Shown here: positions 51,580-60,944 of the stretch, piece after piece
How the letters are laid out: each line of letters opens with the position of its first letter
Position numbering within the stretch: the stretch's first letter is position 1
Assembly: GCA_021781415.1 (NCBI GenBank)
Contig: JAJXWW010000084.1
Span: 14,234 to 78,233, forward strand
Direction: 5' to 3'
Origin: Planctomycetota bacterium
GTDB lineage: Bacteria; Planctomycetota; Planctomycetia; Gemmatales; Gemmataceae
DNA: 64,000 nt
Made by a program: the position numbers and the translations under genes
The notes under the pieces: model-generated
What the model was told of the DNA's origin: nothing
Database searches by the model: none
What the model saw: the letters and a program-made list of their open reading frames with translations, nothing else

Positions 51580-52656
51580 CTACGAACGGCGGAAGGCGAT
51601 GGCGATGGCTCCCACGGTGGCTACCAACAAGAGGCTACCGCCCAACTCGACGGGCAGGAGAAAATCGGTGAACAGCGAACGACCGAGGTAAGCGGCGTTG
51701 TCGGCGGGCATGCGCGGCAGACCGGCGGCATCGCGGCGAACGCGCTCGAATTCTCGAACCGGCGGCGCGCCGCTCAGGTCGGACAGCGGGGTCTCGGTCG
51801 CCATCGGCAGCCAAGCGAGGCGATCCCGCGCGATCTCGCCCAGTGCGATCAACTCGCCCAGGCGAGCGCGCGACGCTTCCACTGCCTTGGGATCGAGAGG
51901 ATCGATGGTAGACCACGCGATGGCCACCTGCGCACGCCGATCGTCCAGGTCTTTCCAATCCCCTCGGGACTTGAATACGCCGCTAAACTGTTTGAATAGC
52001 TCGTCGTCTTCCCAGCCCTTACCGATTTTTTCGTCCATCGCCATGCGGTCGTTCAGCGCAGCCACTTCGCGCGTTCTCTCGATAAGCCGATCGACCCCTA
52101 GCCTATTATCTTGAAGTTTCTGGGAATAGCCCACCAAGACGAAAAGCAGCGTTCCCAGCAGTAGAAATCCCGTCAGCGTCGCCAAACCGGGTTCGCGGGA
52201 GCGGTCGTCGGCATCGGACATACCCCTCGGTTGAGCCAACATGATGACGAACAGAAACGTCACAATAATAGCGCCGGCGTAAATAATGATGGTTGCCGCC
52301 ATGAGGAATGGAGCGGCCAACAATAAAAACAAGCCGCAAGTGCTTAACACCACCAACGCAAAGGCCAGGGCGGCGCGGGCGGGGTTATGCTGAGTCACCA
52401 ACAGGACGCCGGAGACGATGCCGAGGAGAGAGAACGACCAAAAGAGGATCGATTCCGGCGATACTCCGCTGCCGAGCATTGGAAGGACACCTCCCAACAA
52501 CAGCGCGGTCGTCGACAATCCCGCGCCCCACCACCTCGGATACGTCTTGGGACGAGGCAGAAGAAAATAGACGGCACTGCCTCCAGCCAACAGCGGCAGC
52601 GCAATCGGCCACAACTCGGCGGCGGTCGGCAGGGCACTCAAAAGACAGTACGACAT
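51580..52656 (-). CDS. nuoJ: NADH-quinone oxidoreductase subunit J (with large soluble insertion)
   Basis: The N-terminal TM helices are NuoJ-like and the position between nuoI and nuoK fits. About 150 aa of charged insert precede the last TM (LLPVELGGSLLLVATVGAIAIAF). Confidence 0.85.
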   Translation of the reverse strand: MSYCLLSALPTAAELWPIALPLLAGGSAVYFLLPRPKTYPRWWGAGLSTTALLLGGVLPMLGSGVSPESILFWSFSLLGIVSGVLLVTQHNPARAALAFALVVLSTCGLFLLLAAPFLMAATIIIYAGAIIVTFLFVIMLAQPRGMSDADDRSREPGLATLTGFLLLGTLLFVLVGYSQKLQDNRLGVDRLIERTREVAALNDRMAMDEKIGKGWEDDELFKQFSGVFKSRGDWKDLDDRRAQVAIAWSTIDPLDPKAVEASRARLGELIALGEIARDRLAWLPMATETPLSDLSGAPPVREFERVRRDAAGLPRMPADNAAYLGRSLFTDFLLPVELGGSLLLVATVGAIAIAFRRS

Positions 52657-52711
52657 ATCACTTTCTCTCTAGCGAGCGGGAGGCGTTAGCCCCCCGATGG
52701 CCGGGTTCGAG

Positions 52712-53314
52712 TTAGCTCTGCGCACTCGACGACGACGCCAAGCCTGTATCCGCGGGCAATTCCGAAGCGACGCCGAGTCTTCCGGCGCGCGTGCGAATCG
52801 GATCCGTCCCCGCCTTCACCGTCTCGTCGAACACGCTCAGCAGCTTCTCTTTATCGAACATCATCGACTCGCGCGACATGCCGGTCAGATCGAACAGCGT
52901 CGTCAATTCGATGGCATCGACGGGACACGCCTGCTCGCACATGCCGCAATAGATGCAGCGTAACTCGTCGATGACGAACGTCTCCGGGTATTTTTCCCGA
53001 TCCGGCCAGGGCGACGGCGCGGCGACGATGTCGATGCAGTGGGCCGGACACGCCGTCGAACACATATAACAGGCGACGCATTTGACGCGCCCTTGTTCGT
53101 CGCGGTTGAGGCGATGCACGCCGCGATAGTTCGGCGGCAGCTTCGGCTCGACTTCCGGATATTGTTGCGTGATCGCGCCGTCGCCGAACATCGCCTTGGC
53201 CGCGTGACGCACCGTCGTCTGCAATCCTTGAAGGATGGCCGGAACATATAATTGTTCGATCAGACCGATCATCGGCGTCGTCACCCATTTTACATCGCTT
53301 GCGGCGATGGGCAT
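52712..53314 (-). CDS. nuoI: NADH-quinone oxidoreductase subunit I
   Basis: Two 4Fe-4S motifs, CVACYMCSTACP and CIYCGMCEQACP. ATG 53314 has a GAGAGGAG SD just after the nuoH stop. Confidence 0.93.
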   Translation of the reverse strand: MPIAASDVKWVTTPMIGLIEQLYVPAILQGLQTTVRHAAKAMFGDGAITQQYPEVEPKLPPNYRGVHRLNRDEQGRVKCVACYMCSTACPAHCIDIVAAPSPWPDREKYPETFVIDELRCIYCGMCEQACPVDAIELTTLFDLTGMSRESMMFDKEKLLSVFDETVKAGTDPIRTRAGRLGVASELPADTGLASSSSAQS

Positions 53315-53333
53315 GATAATTTCTCCTCTCCCA

Positions 53334-54809
53334 TTAATCGAGGGCCGCTTCGTCGTGGACGTAGGCCGGCGGTCCCGAAGCCACATGCCCGCTGAATCGC
53401 ACCGGAGCGCGCGCCCGCTGGCGCGGCATATACAACGTCAAGGCGGCGATGAAAACCAACATACCGAGCGACAGCGGCAAGAGCAGCCATTCCGTCAGTT
53501 GGAATTGTTTGACGAAGATCAGACACACCACATTCACCAACGCCAACGGCAGCAACACTTTCCACGTCAGCCCCATCAACTGATCGAAGCGAAAGCGCGG
53601 TACGGTCCAGCGAACGAGCATGTAGAACACGATGAACAGGCACATTTTGAAAGCGAATACGGCCAATTTCACGATGACTCCGCCGAGGCCGTCCGGCAAT
53701 CCGAGCCACGGCAGCACTTCCCAGCCGCCGAAGAACAGCACCACCACGAGAAAGCTGGTCGTGATCATGTGCGTGTATTCGCCGAGGAAAAACAGCGCGA
53801 ACTTCATGGCGCTGTACTCGGTGTGATACCCGCCAATCAATTCTTGCTCGGCCTCCGGCAAATCGAACGGCAGACGATTGCACTCGGCGAACACACTCGT
53901 TATGAACAACAGAGCCGCCAACGGTTGATAGAGAATGTTCCAACCGTGTTTGACCTGATAGTCGATAATGGTTTCCAAATTGAGCGAGCCGCTCACCAAC
54001 ATTACGCCGAGTACCGACATCCCTAAGGGGATCTCATAGCTGATGAGCTGCGCGCTCGAACGCAACGCGCCGAGCATGCTGTACTTGTTGTTCGACGACC
54101 AACCGCCCAACACGATGCCGTATACCGCCAAACTGCCGATGGCGAAGTTGAAGACGATGCCGATATCGACGTGCGGCGCGATTACAAATTGGATGTTTTC
54201 CAAAATACCGAGGTTATACTCTTTCGGACTCCGATGGTAGGCATTGTTATACGCATCGAGTCGATCTTCGTAGCTGTCGATGTCCTTGGCATTGGAATAG
54301 GCGCGGTCGGCAGCTAAAATATAGGCTTCCTCGGTCTCGGTCTGAGGCCAGGCGCGGCCGCGCGGCGAGTCGCGGTACACATTCCGTGTGTTGATACGGA
54401 ACGATAGACTGAGGACGTGTTCTCTTTCTTCCGCCGTGAGCGGAATGCGCGATTTCTCGACCATTTCATCGCTGCGCCGATCCAACAGAACGGGCGGCGG
54501 CGTGGTGGGTCCGAAGGGTACGACGGAGAACGCCAACAGCGCGGTGCTAAGGGCGATGGCGGGGCCGACGATGTAGAACAATTTGTCTACATGGCTGGGG
54601 ATGATTTCTTCTTTGAGCAAGAACTTGATGCCGTCGGCAATCGGCTGAAGAAGCCCCCACGGACCCACGCGATTGGGACCGATACGATCCTGCGCCCACG
54701 CCGAGATCTTGCGTTCGGCGAGGATTAGATAGGCGCACGTCCCCTGAAGCGCGCCCATGACGGCGGCTATAAGAACGAGCGTAATCCAAAAACTAAAGCC
54801 TAGTTCCAT
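53334..54809 (-). CDS. nuoH: NADH-quinone oxidoreductase subunit H (with ~110-aa insertion)
   Basis: ERKISAWAQDRIGPNRVGPWGLLQPIADGIKF, and AECNRLPFDLPEAEQELIGGYHTEYS. A hydrophilic insert follows the second TM segment. Confidence 0.92.
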   Translation of the reverse strand: MELGFSFWITLVLIAAVMGALQGTCAYLILAERKISAWAQDRIGPNRVGPWGLLQPIADGIKFLLKEEIIPSHVDKLFYIVGPAIALSTALLAFSVVPFGPTTPPPVLLDRRSDEMVEKSRIPLTAEEREHVLSLSFRINTRNVYRDSPRGRAWPQTETEEAYILAADRAYSNAKDIDSYEDRLDAYNNAYHRSPKEYNLGILENIQFVIAPHVDIGIVFNFAIGSLAVYGIVLGGWSSNNKYSMLGALRSSAQLISYEIPLGMSVLGVMLVSGSLNLETIIDYQVKHGWNILYQPLAALLFITSVFAECNRLPFDLPEAEQELIGGYHTEYSAMKFALFFLGEYTHMITTSFLVVVLFFGGWEVLPWLGLPDGLGGVIVKLAVFAFKMCLFIVFYMLVRWTVPRFRFDQLMGLTWKVLLPLALVNVVCLIFVKQFQLTEWLLLPLSLGMLVFIAALTLYMPRQRARAPVRFSGHVASGPPAYVHDEAALD

Positions 54810-54907
54810 GCGACAAACACCCCCGCCTCATCCGTCCCTCGTACCCACGCTCCCGCGAGAGACCATCTCCTCGCACCCACGCGGCGCGTGGGAACGAGAG
54901 GTTTGGC

Positions 54908-56566
54908 TCATCCCTGGCTCGACTCTAGGAGAATGCCATATTCGCCGAGGTCGCTACCGGCCAGTGCGGCGAAGTACGGCACTTCCGCTGCCATTTCTTT
55001 TCGCACCGTCGGGGCATGGGCCAACCCACGCCGTTCCAATAAATCGAAAAACACCTGGCCGTCCGTGCGAACTTCGCCGGTCGGCGTGATACCCCAATGA
55101 ATCGCCTGCGCCAAACCCGCGTGGTTGACAAACGTGCCGTCTTTTTCGGCCCACGCCGCGCCCGGCAGGACGTAATGGGCGAAGTTGCTGACCGGCGACG
55201 GCAGCAGATCGTGGCACACGACCAACGGCACGCGCTGAAGTCCCTGTGCCTGAGTGTCGCTGACCCATCCGCTCGGACGCGGAGGATAGCCCGCGGCCAG
55301 ATACAACGCTTGGACTCGGCCCTCGACGGCATCGCGCACCACTTGCTCGAACGAAATAATTTCGCCCTGGAAATGTCGCAAAATCGCCTCGACACCGCGT
55401 CGATTGGGACATTTCTCGGCGCGAATGGTGAACTTCACCGGCTCAGTCGGCCTACCGCGCCGATCCTTCGGGTATGTGTCATCCTCGCCAACGATGGGTA
55501 CCGAATCCAGCGCCAAACGCGCTTGCGGCGACAGGCCCTTGATAAACTTGGCGAGTAAATACGCTTCTTCACACGTCAAAAAAGGCGACAAAACTCCGAC
55601 GGTGCTGGTGCCGTCTTTTTGAGCCGCGCTTTGGAAACCGCGACGAACGAGCGATGCGATCTCGGTCCACGGCAACGGAGTCAACTTGCCTTCGCGGCGG
55701 ACGGTCGGTCGCAAAAACCGCTCGATGGAATTGACGTAGTGATAGCCGAGGCGTCCATCATCGCACATAAAATGCCCCTGGGCTTGGGGATTGTAGCGCG
55801 GACGCAAACGGTAGACGATGTTTTTATTGCCGTCGAGATGAATGCTGCATCCCGTCGAACAATCGGGGCAGACGCTCTCCTTGGTTTTCAGATTCCAGAC
55901 GCGATGCTTATAGAGAAAATCCTTGCTGCACAGCGCGCCGACGGGACAGAGATCGACCACATTGGTAGATAATTTATTGTTGAGCGGTTCGCCGGGAAAT
56001 ATATCGATCTCGGAGTGATGGCCGCGATTGACGATTTGCAATTCCGCCGTGCCCGCGACTTCGCGCGTGAAACGAACGCAGCGCGAACACATGATACATC
56101 GGTCGGTAAACAGCGTCACATTGTCGCCGATATACGGCTTATTGGGCGGCGTGTTCTTCTCGTCGATCATTCGGCTTTTAGCGCTGCCGAATTGATAGGT
56201 GTAATCTTGCAGCATACACTCGCCGGCCTTATCGCACACCGGACAATCGAGCGGATGGTTGAGCAGAATGTCCTCGAGCGTTTGATGTTGGGCATCGACG
56301 GCTCGACTGGTGAGCGTCTGAATGACGGTTCCGTCCTTGGCCGGCGTTTGGCATCCGGGCACGACTTTGGGCTGCATGACGACCGTGCCGTCCGGCTTGC
56401 GTTCGCCCACTTCGACGAGACACATGCGGCAGCTGGCCACGACCGTGAGAGCCGGATGCCAACAATAATGGGGAATCAGCACACCGGCCTTCTGCGCGGC
56501 CTGGATGAGATTCAACTTTTCGTTGCCGATATCGACCGGCTTGTCGTTAACGTAAACTGTGGCCAT
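54908..56566 (-). CDS. nuoG: NADH-quinone oxidoreductase subunit G (compact form)
   Basis: N-terminal 2Fe-2S (CRMCLVEV) and HPLDCPVCDKAGEC motifs, plus 4Fe-4S CIMCSRCVRF. Confidence 0.92.
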   Translation of the reverse strand: MATVYVNDKPVDIGNEKLNLIQAAQKAGVLIPHYCWHPALTVVASCRMCLVEVGERKPDGTVVMQPKVVPGCQTPAKDGTVIQTLTSRAVDAQHQTLEDILLNHPLDCPVCDKAGECMLQDYTYQFGSAKSRMIDEKNTPPNKPYIGDNVTLFTDRCIMCSRCVRFTREVAGTAELQIVNRGHHSEIDIFPGEPLNNKLSTNVVDLCPVGALCSKDFLYKHRVWNLKTKESVCPDCSTGCSIHLDGNKNIVYRLRPRYNPQAQGHFMCDDGRLGYHYVNSIERFLRPTVRREGKLTPLPWTEIASLVRRGFQSAAQKDGTSTVGVLSPFLTCEEAYLLAKFIKGLSPQARLALDSVPIVGEDDTYPKDRRGRPTEPVKFTIRAEKCPNRRGVEAILRHFQGEIISFEQVVRDAVEGRVQALYLAAGYPPRPSGWVSDTQAQGLQRVPLVVCHDLLPSPVSNFAHYVLPGAAWAEKDGTFVNHAGLAQAIHWGITPTGEVRTDGQVFFDLLERRGLAHAPTVRKEMAAEVPYFAALAGSDLGEYGILLESSQG

Positions 56567-56590
56567 AAGTCCCCTTCACCGTCCTGCCGA

Positions 56591-57109
56591 TTATCGAGTC
56601 TTGAGCGCGGTCTGGAACTCCGGTTCGGTCATCAGCTTTACGGAGTTGCAGTCTCCAAGTAAAACCAATCGGTTCTGGAAAGTCTGGAAAGCTTCTTTCT
56701 CGTAAGCCAGGATCGCGTTGGCGGAGGGTTCGGGAGTGAAAACCATAACCACCCAACCGCTTTCGAGTGCCTGCGGGACGTTGGCCGTGCGCGCGTTCGG
56801 ATCGCCTTTCACATAGGCCAAGAAGTCCTGAAGGTCTCGCGGCCCTCTACCGTTTTCCGTCCGAAATAGAGCGTAGTATTGCCCAATGTTTCGCAACAAT
56901 TGCTGATTGACCTGTCGCTGTGCGCCGCGTTGGACCAACCCTTGAGCCGGTGCGCCTCCCGGTTTGGGACGCAGCGGATTCTCGTTCGATTCCATCGTTG
57001 TTGTTTGCGCGTTCGGAGCAACCTTCTTTGCGCAGCCGACCAACGTGGGCAAAACGAGCAACACCAAAAGGAGTGGCGCTACAATACGATGAGCATCCTC
57101 TCGCGTCAT
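56591..57109 (-). CDS. hypothetical lipoprotein embedded in the nuo operon
   Basis: GAGGAGG SD. The ATG lies 13 nt after the nuoF stop. Lipobox LVGC in MTREDAHRIVAPLLLVLLVLPTLVGCAKK. No similarity to a Nuo subunit recognised. Confidence 0.75.
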   Translation of the reverse strand: MTREDAHRIVAPLLLVLLVLPTLVGCAKKVAPNAQTTTMESNENPLRPKPGGAPAQGLVQRGAQRQVNQQLLRNIGQYYALFRTENGRGPRDLQDFLAYVKGDPNARTANVPQALESGWVVMVFTPEPSANAILAYEKEAFQTFQNRLVLLGDCNSVKLMTEPEFQTALKTR

Positions 57110-57121
57110 AAAACGCCTCCT

Positions 57122-58453
57122 CTAATGACCGCCGACCAATTCCAACAGAGAACTTTTCTCCGCGCTGCGAATGTACTGTTCGAACTCAGGGCGAAATTTG
57201 CGGATGGCGTTCTTGACCGGCCAGCCCGCGCCGTCGGCGAGACCGCAGATCGTCGTTCCAGGCATGATACCGATTTTGTCGCCGACTTCTTCGAGGATCT
57301 TCAAATCTTCCAATCTTCCTTGACCCCGACGCAATCTCTCGGCGATTTTCAGCATCCACCCCGTACCCTCGCGGCACGGCGTACATTGGCCGCACGATTC
57401 GTGGGAGAAGAAGCGACAAATGTTGTGCAGCACGTCGACGATACTCGTTTCCTCGTCGAAAACCGTGACGGCGGCGGTTCCCAAGCCGAGACAACCCACT
57501 TTGCCCGGCCCGGCAAAATCGAGCGGCGTATCGAATTCGGCCTCGGTCATAATCCCCATACTGATACCGCCGGGTATCGCGCCTTTGGCCTTGCGCCCCT
57601 TCCACACGCCGCCGCCGTGCTTATCCACCAGATCGCGGAGGGTGATGCCCATGGGCAATTCGACGCAACAGGGATTATTCACATGGCCGCTGATGCAATA
57701 TAATTTCGGGCCATAGCTGCCGGCGTCACGCGGGTTTTTCGGATCGGGCGGCACGCCCATCGACTTAAACCATTCCACCCCTCGGTCGATGATATGGGTC
57801 ACGCACGCCACCGTCTCGATATTGTTTACCACGGTCGGCTTGCGAAACGCGCCTTCGACGGCGGGAAACGGCGGTTTGATGCGCGGCCAAGCGCGCTTGC
57901 CCTCCAAACTTTCGATGAGTCCCGTCTCTTCGCCGCAGATGTACGCGCCGGCTCCGCGATGGAGAAATATATCGAGATGGAAGTCTTTGCCGAGAATGTT
58001 CCGTCCCAACAGATTATTGTTGTACAGTTCGTCGATGGCCTGTTGGAGAACGCGATAGCCGCGGCCGTACTCGTAGCGTAAATACAAATAGGCCGTGGCG
58101 GCGCGCGTCGCATAGCACGAGAGTATAATGCCTTCGAGAACCTGATGGGGATCTTCTTCCATCAGGATGCGATTGTTGAAAGTGCAAGGCTCACTCTCGT
58201 CGGCGTTGATGCACATATAAATGGGACCGGGATGGTCCTTCGGCAAGAAGGTCCACTTCAACCCGGTGGGAAACCCCGCGCCGCCGCGTCCGCGCAACCC
58301 CGACGCCTTGACGGCATCGACGACTTGCCCCGGCGACATTTCGTCGAGCGCTTTTTGCAGAGCGCGATAACCGCCGTCGGCGCGATAGGCCTCGAGCCAC
58401 GGACTGGCCTTCTTCGCAATGCGACGCAATAAAACGGGTTCAAACTCGGCCAT
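57122..58453 (-). CDS. nuoF: NADH-quinone oxidoreductase subunit F
   Basis: GLRGRGGAGFPTGLKW, the FMN/NADH site motifs, and ESCGQCTPCREG 4Fe-4S. Confidence 0.95.
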   Translation of the reverse strand: MAEFEPVLLRRIAKKASPWLEAYRADGGYRALQKALDEMSPGQVVDAVKASGLRGRGGAGFPTGLKWTFLPKDHPGPIYMCINADESEPCTFNNRILMEEDPHQVLEGIILSCYATRAATAYLYLRYEYGRGYRVLQQAIDELYNNNLLGRNILGKDFHLDIFLHRGAGAYICGEETGLIESLEGKRAWPRIKPPFPAVEGAFRKPTVVNNIETVACVTHIIDRGVEWFKSMGVPPDPKNPRDAGSYGPKLYCISGHVNNPCCVELPMGITLRDLVDKHGGGVWKGRKAKGAIPGGISMGIMTEAEFDTPLDFAGPGKVGCLGLGTAAVTVFDEETSIVDVLHNICRFFSHESCGQCTPCREGTGWMLKIAERLRRGQGRLEDLKILEEVGDKIGIMPGTTICGLADGAGWPVKNAIRKFRPEFEQYIRSAEKSSLLELVGGH

Positions 58454-58495
58454 AATATATCCTTGTCACCAAGGCAGCCATTGCGTTTGGTCGCG

Positions 58496-58828
58496 CTAGT
58501 CTTCCGCTTCCGACGCGGCCCAAATAAAAATCAAATTCTCCACATAACGAAGAATCGAATAGCCTTGGCGAAGCTCGAACACTCCCCAGGTATGATGTCC
58601 GGCAGCCAAATGGTCGGCCACATGACTGGCCATAGATCGCTTATCGATCGTAATAAGACTTAAAGTCTCCTTTTCGGCGAACGAGAGAAGTTGTGGGTCG
58701 AGCGTCCCCTTTGGAGGAGTCGCGCTTTGTCCCACGATGAAAATCTCGATCGCCGGTTCGCGTTGGATTACCGCGTCCATCAAATGCTCGGGCACGTTTT
58801 CATCGCACAAATAGCGTACCGTACTCAT
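58496..58828 (-). CDS. DUF5615-like (PIN/Mut7-C-like) putative toxin
   Basis: N-terminal VRYLCDENVP, then LDPQLLSFAEKE and LITIDKRS acidic positions, as in DUF5615 proteins. The ATG lies 3 nt after the upstream gene's stop. AT-shifted composition. Confidence 0.7.
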   Translation of the reverse strand: MSTVRYLCDENVPEHLMDAVIQREPAIEIFIVGQSATPPKGTLDPQLLSFAEKETLSLITIDKRSMASHVADHLAAGHHTWGVFELRQGYSILRYVENLIFIWAASEAED

Positions 58829-58831
58829 CGT

Positions 58832-59191
58832 TCAACCGTTGTCCGTTTGGCTGTGCGCACGTTCGGCGGTAAGGGAGAGCAAGCGCTTTACCACTTCGGG
58901 CGGATCCGTCTTCAAGTGATCTTGATACAGCTTGTCCTCAAGGTCTCGCCCCTCTTTCAAGTACGCATCCATTGCCTCCTTCCGTCCCAAATAATAAGTA
59001 ATCGCGGCGTAAACCTGCTCCAAGGTTAAGGAATGTCGATAGCTATAATAAATTCGCTCCGCCGATTCACCTTGGAGATAGGGATCGAGTACATGCTCCA
59101 GGGAAATCCGGCGATCCTTAAAACGAATTCGGTCGATCTCTCCATAAGGTGTCTTGCATTTCTCGAACTCGAAATAATCTTCCAGTCGCAC
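58832..59191 (-). CDS. DUF433-like putative antitoxin
   Basis: RISLEHVLDPYLQGESAERIYYSYRHSLTLEQVYAAITYYL matches the DUF433 pattern (G.S.EEI...Y..LT.E.I.AAL.YY). GTG start lies 4 nt after the nuoE stop, with GGAGG inside the nuoE 3' end. Confidence 0.7.
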   Translation of the reverse strand: MRLEDYFEFEKCKTPYGEIDRIRFKDRRISLEHVLDPYLQGESAERIYYSYRHSLTLEQVYAAITYYLGRKEAMDAYLKEGRDLEDKLYQDHLKTDPPEVVKRLLSLTAERAHSQTDNG

Positions 59192-59195
59192 GATG

Positions 59196-59675
59196 TCACC
59201 TCCGCAGTTCTTCCAGCAGCGCGTCCACCTTGTCCGGCGTGAGATTCAGTCGCGCCTCGTCGTCGATCAGCACGGCGGGAGCGCCTTCGCAGGCACCGAT
59301 GCACTCGGCGAACTCGACGGTGATTTTGCCGTCGTCGCTGGTGCCGCCGGGATGCACCTTCAGCTTCTTGCACACCGTATCGAGGAGTTCGTCGCCGCCG
59401 CGCAGCCCGCAGGCCAAACTGCGGCACACCCACAGACGCTTCTTGCCCAGTGGATGCTCTTTATCGCGGAAAATGCCGTAGAAGCTCATGGTATCGTGGA
59501 CCTCGGCGGGGCTGAGATCCAACAGATCGGCAATCTCGCGGATCGCCTCTAACGGCACGCAGCGGAGTGCGTCTTGAACGATGTGCAGCGCCGGCAGCGT
59601 GACCGCCTGCTTGCTCGGATAGCGCGGCACATAGGCGAGGATCTTTTGCCGCAATTCGTCGGTCAACACACTCAT
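59196..59675 (-). CDS. nuoE: NADH-quinone oxidoreductase subunit E
   Basis: Thioredoxin-like 2Fe-2S subunit with VCRSLACGLRG and FAECIGACEGAPA. ATGA overlap with nuoD. Confidence 0.93.
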   Translation of the reverse strand: MSVLTDELRQKILAYVPRYPSKQAVTLPALHIVQDALRCVPLEAIREIADLLDLSPAEVHDTMSFYGIFRDKEHPLGKKRLWVCRSLACGLRGGDELLDTVCKKLKVHPGGTSDDGKITVEFAECIGACEGAPAVLIDDEARLNLTPDKVDALLEELRR

Positions 59676-60907
59676 CGATCCAACTCCGCCGCGATGATGT
59701 TCAAACTGCCCAGTACGGCCACCACATCGCTTACTTGATGGCCGACGATCATATAGGGGAAGGTGGCGAAATGGATGAACGACGGCGGACGGGTGCGCGT
59801 ACGGTACGCCACGCCGCTGCCGTCGGCAATCAAATAATATCCTAATTCGCCGTTGGGCGATTCGATGGCCGCATACACCTCATCGACCGGCGTATGCCAT
59901 TGCCGATTGGTCATAATCAACTCGAAGTGATGGATCAAACCCTCGATACTGCGATATACCGAAAGTTGATTGGGCATCACGACTTTACTATCCGCATCCA
60001 CGTTGACCGGGCCGGACGGCAGATTTTCGATGGCCTGATGGATGATCTTACAGCTTTCGAGCATTTCATCCATGCGAACGAGATAGCGCGCGAAACAATC
60101 GCCCTCGCGGGCGCAGATCACTTTGAAATCGAAATCCTTGTAGGCCAAATAGGGTTCGTCCTTGCGTAGATCGCGGACGACTCCACTGGCGCGGGCGATG
60201 GGCCCGGTACAACTTAAATTCGTCGCTTCTTCCTTGGACAGTACGCCGATGTCTTTGGTTCGTTCGATGAAAATGCGATTGCGATTGAGCAGACGAACAA
60301 TATCGTTCCAAGCCTTGGGAAAATCGCGGACGAAGGCGCGCACCATGTCGATCCACGTTTCATCGACGTCGCGCAGCAATCCGCCGACGCGAAGGAAGCT
60401 GGGATGGAAGCGCTGGCCGGAGGCGCGTTCGCAAATGTCGTAGATTTTTTCCTTCTGATTGAAGGCGTAGAGGAACGCCGTGAAGCCGCCGAGATCGAGG
60501 GCCGCCGCGCCGCAGCACAATAAGTGATCGTGTATGCGCATTAATTCGTTGAAGATGACGCGGATGTATTGACAGCGCGGCGTCAATTGGATGTCCATCA
60601 ACTTTTCGACGGCCGCAAACCAGGCGATTTCATTGGCGACGGGAGAAATATAATTCTTGCGATCGACGATGGTGACGTACTGATTGTAGTCGAGATGTTC
60701 GCCGAGTTTCTCGAATCCGCTGTGTAAATAGCCGATGTCCGGCACGGCTTTGACGATGGTTTCGCCGTCGAGCGTCAGAATGAGGCGCAGCGTGGTATGA
60801 GTGGCCGGATGCTGCGGCCCAAAATTGAGAGTCCACAGATATTCTTGTTCCGGACCATCCGGCGTGGCGATGGCATCGGCTAATTCCAGCGGCATCGATC
60901 TCTCCAT
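59672..60907 (-). CDS. nuoD: NADH-quinone oxidoreductase subunit D
   Basis: LNFGPQHPATHTTLRL, GYLHSGFEKLGE and ELDR at the C-terminus. Confidence 0.95.
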   Translation of the reverse strand: MERSMPLELADAIATPDGPEQEYLWTLNFGPQHPATHTTLRLILTLDGETIVKAVPDIGYLHSGFEKLGEHLDYNQYVTIVDRKNYISPVANEIAWFAAVEKLMDIQLTPRCQYIRVIFNELMRIHDHLLCCGAAALDLGGFTAFLYAFNQKEKIYDICERASGQRFHPSFLRVGGLLRDVDETWIDMVRAFVRDFPKAWNDIVRLLNRNRIFIERTKDIGVLSKEEATNLSCTGPIARASGVVRDLRKDEPYLAYKDFDFKVICAREGDCFARYLVRMDEMLESCKIIHQAIENLPSGPVNVDADSKVVMPNQLSVYRSIEGLIHHFELIMTNRQWHTPVDEVYAAIESPNGELGYYLIADGSGVAYRTRTRPPSFIHFATFPYMIVGHQVSDVVAVLGSLNIIAAELDR

Positions 60908-60944
60908 CCTCGGCGAGCGGGAGACTTACGCATCCCACGCGCAT

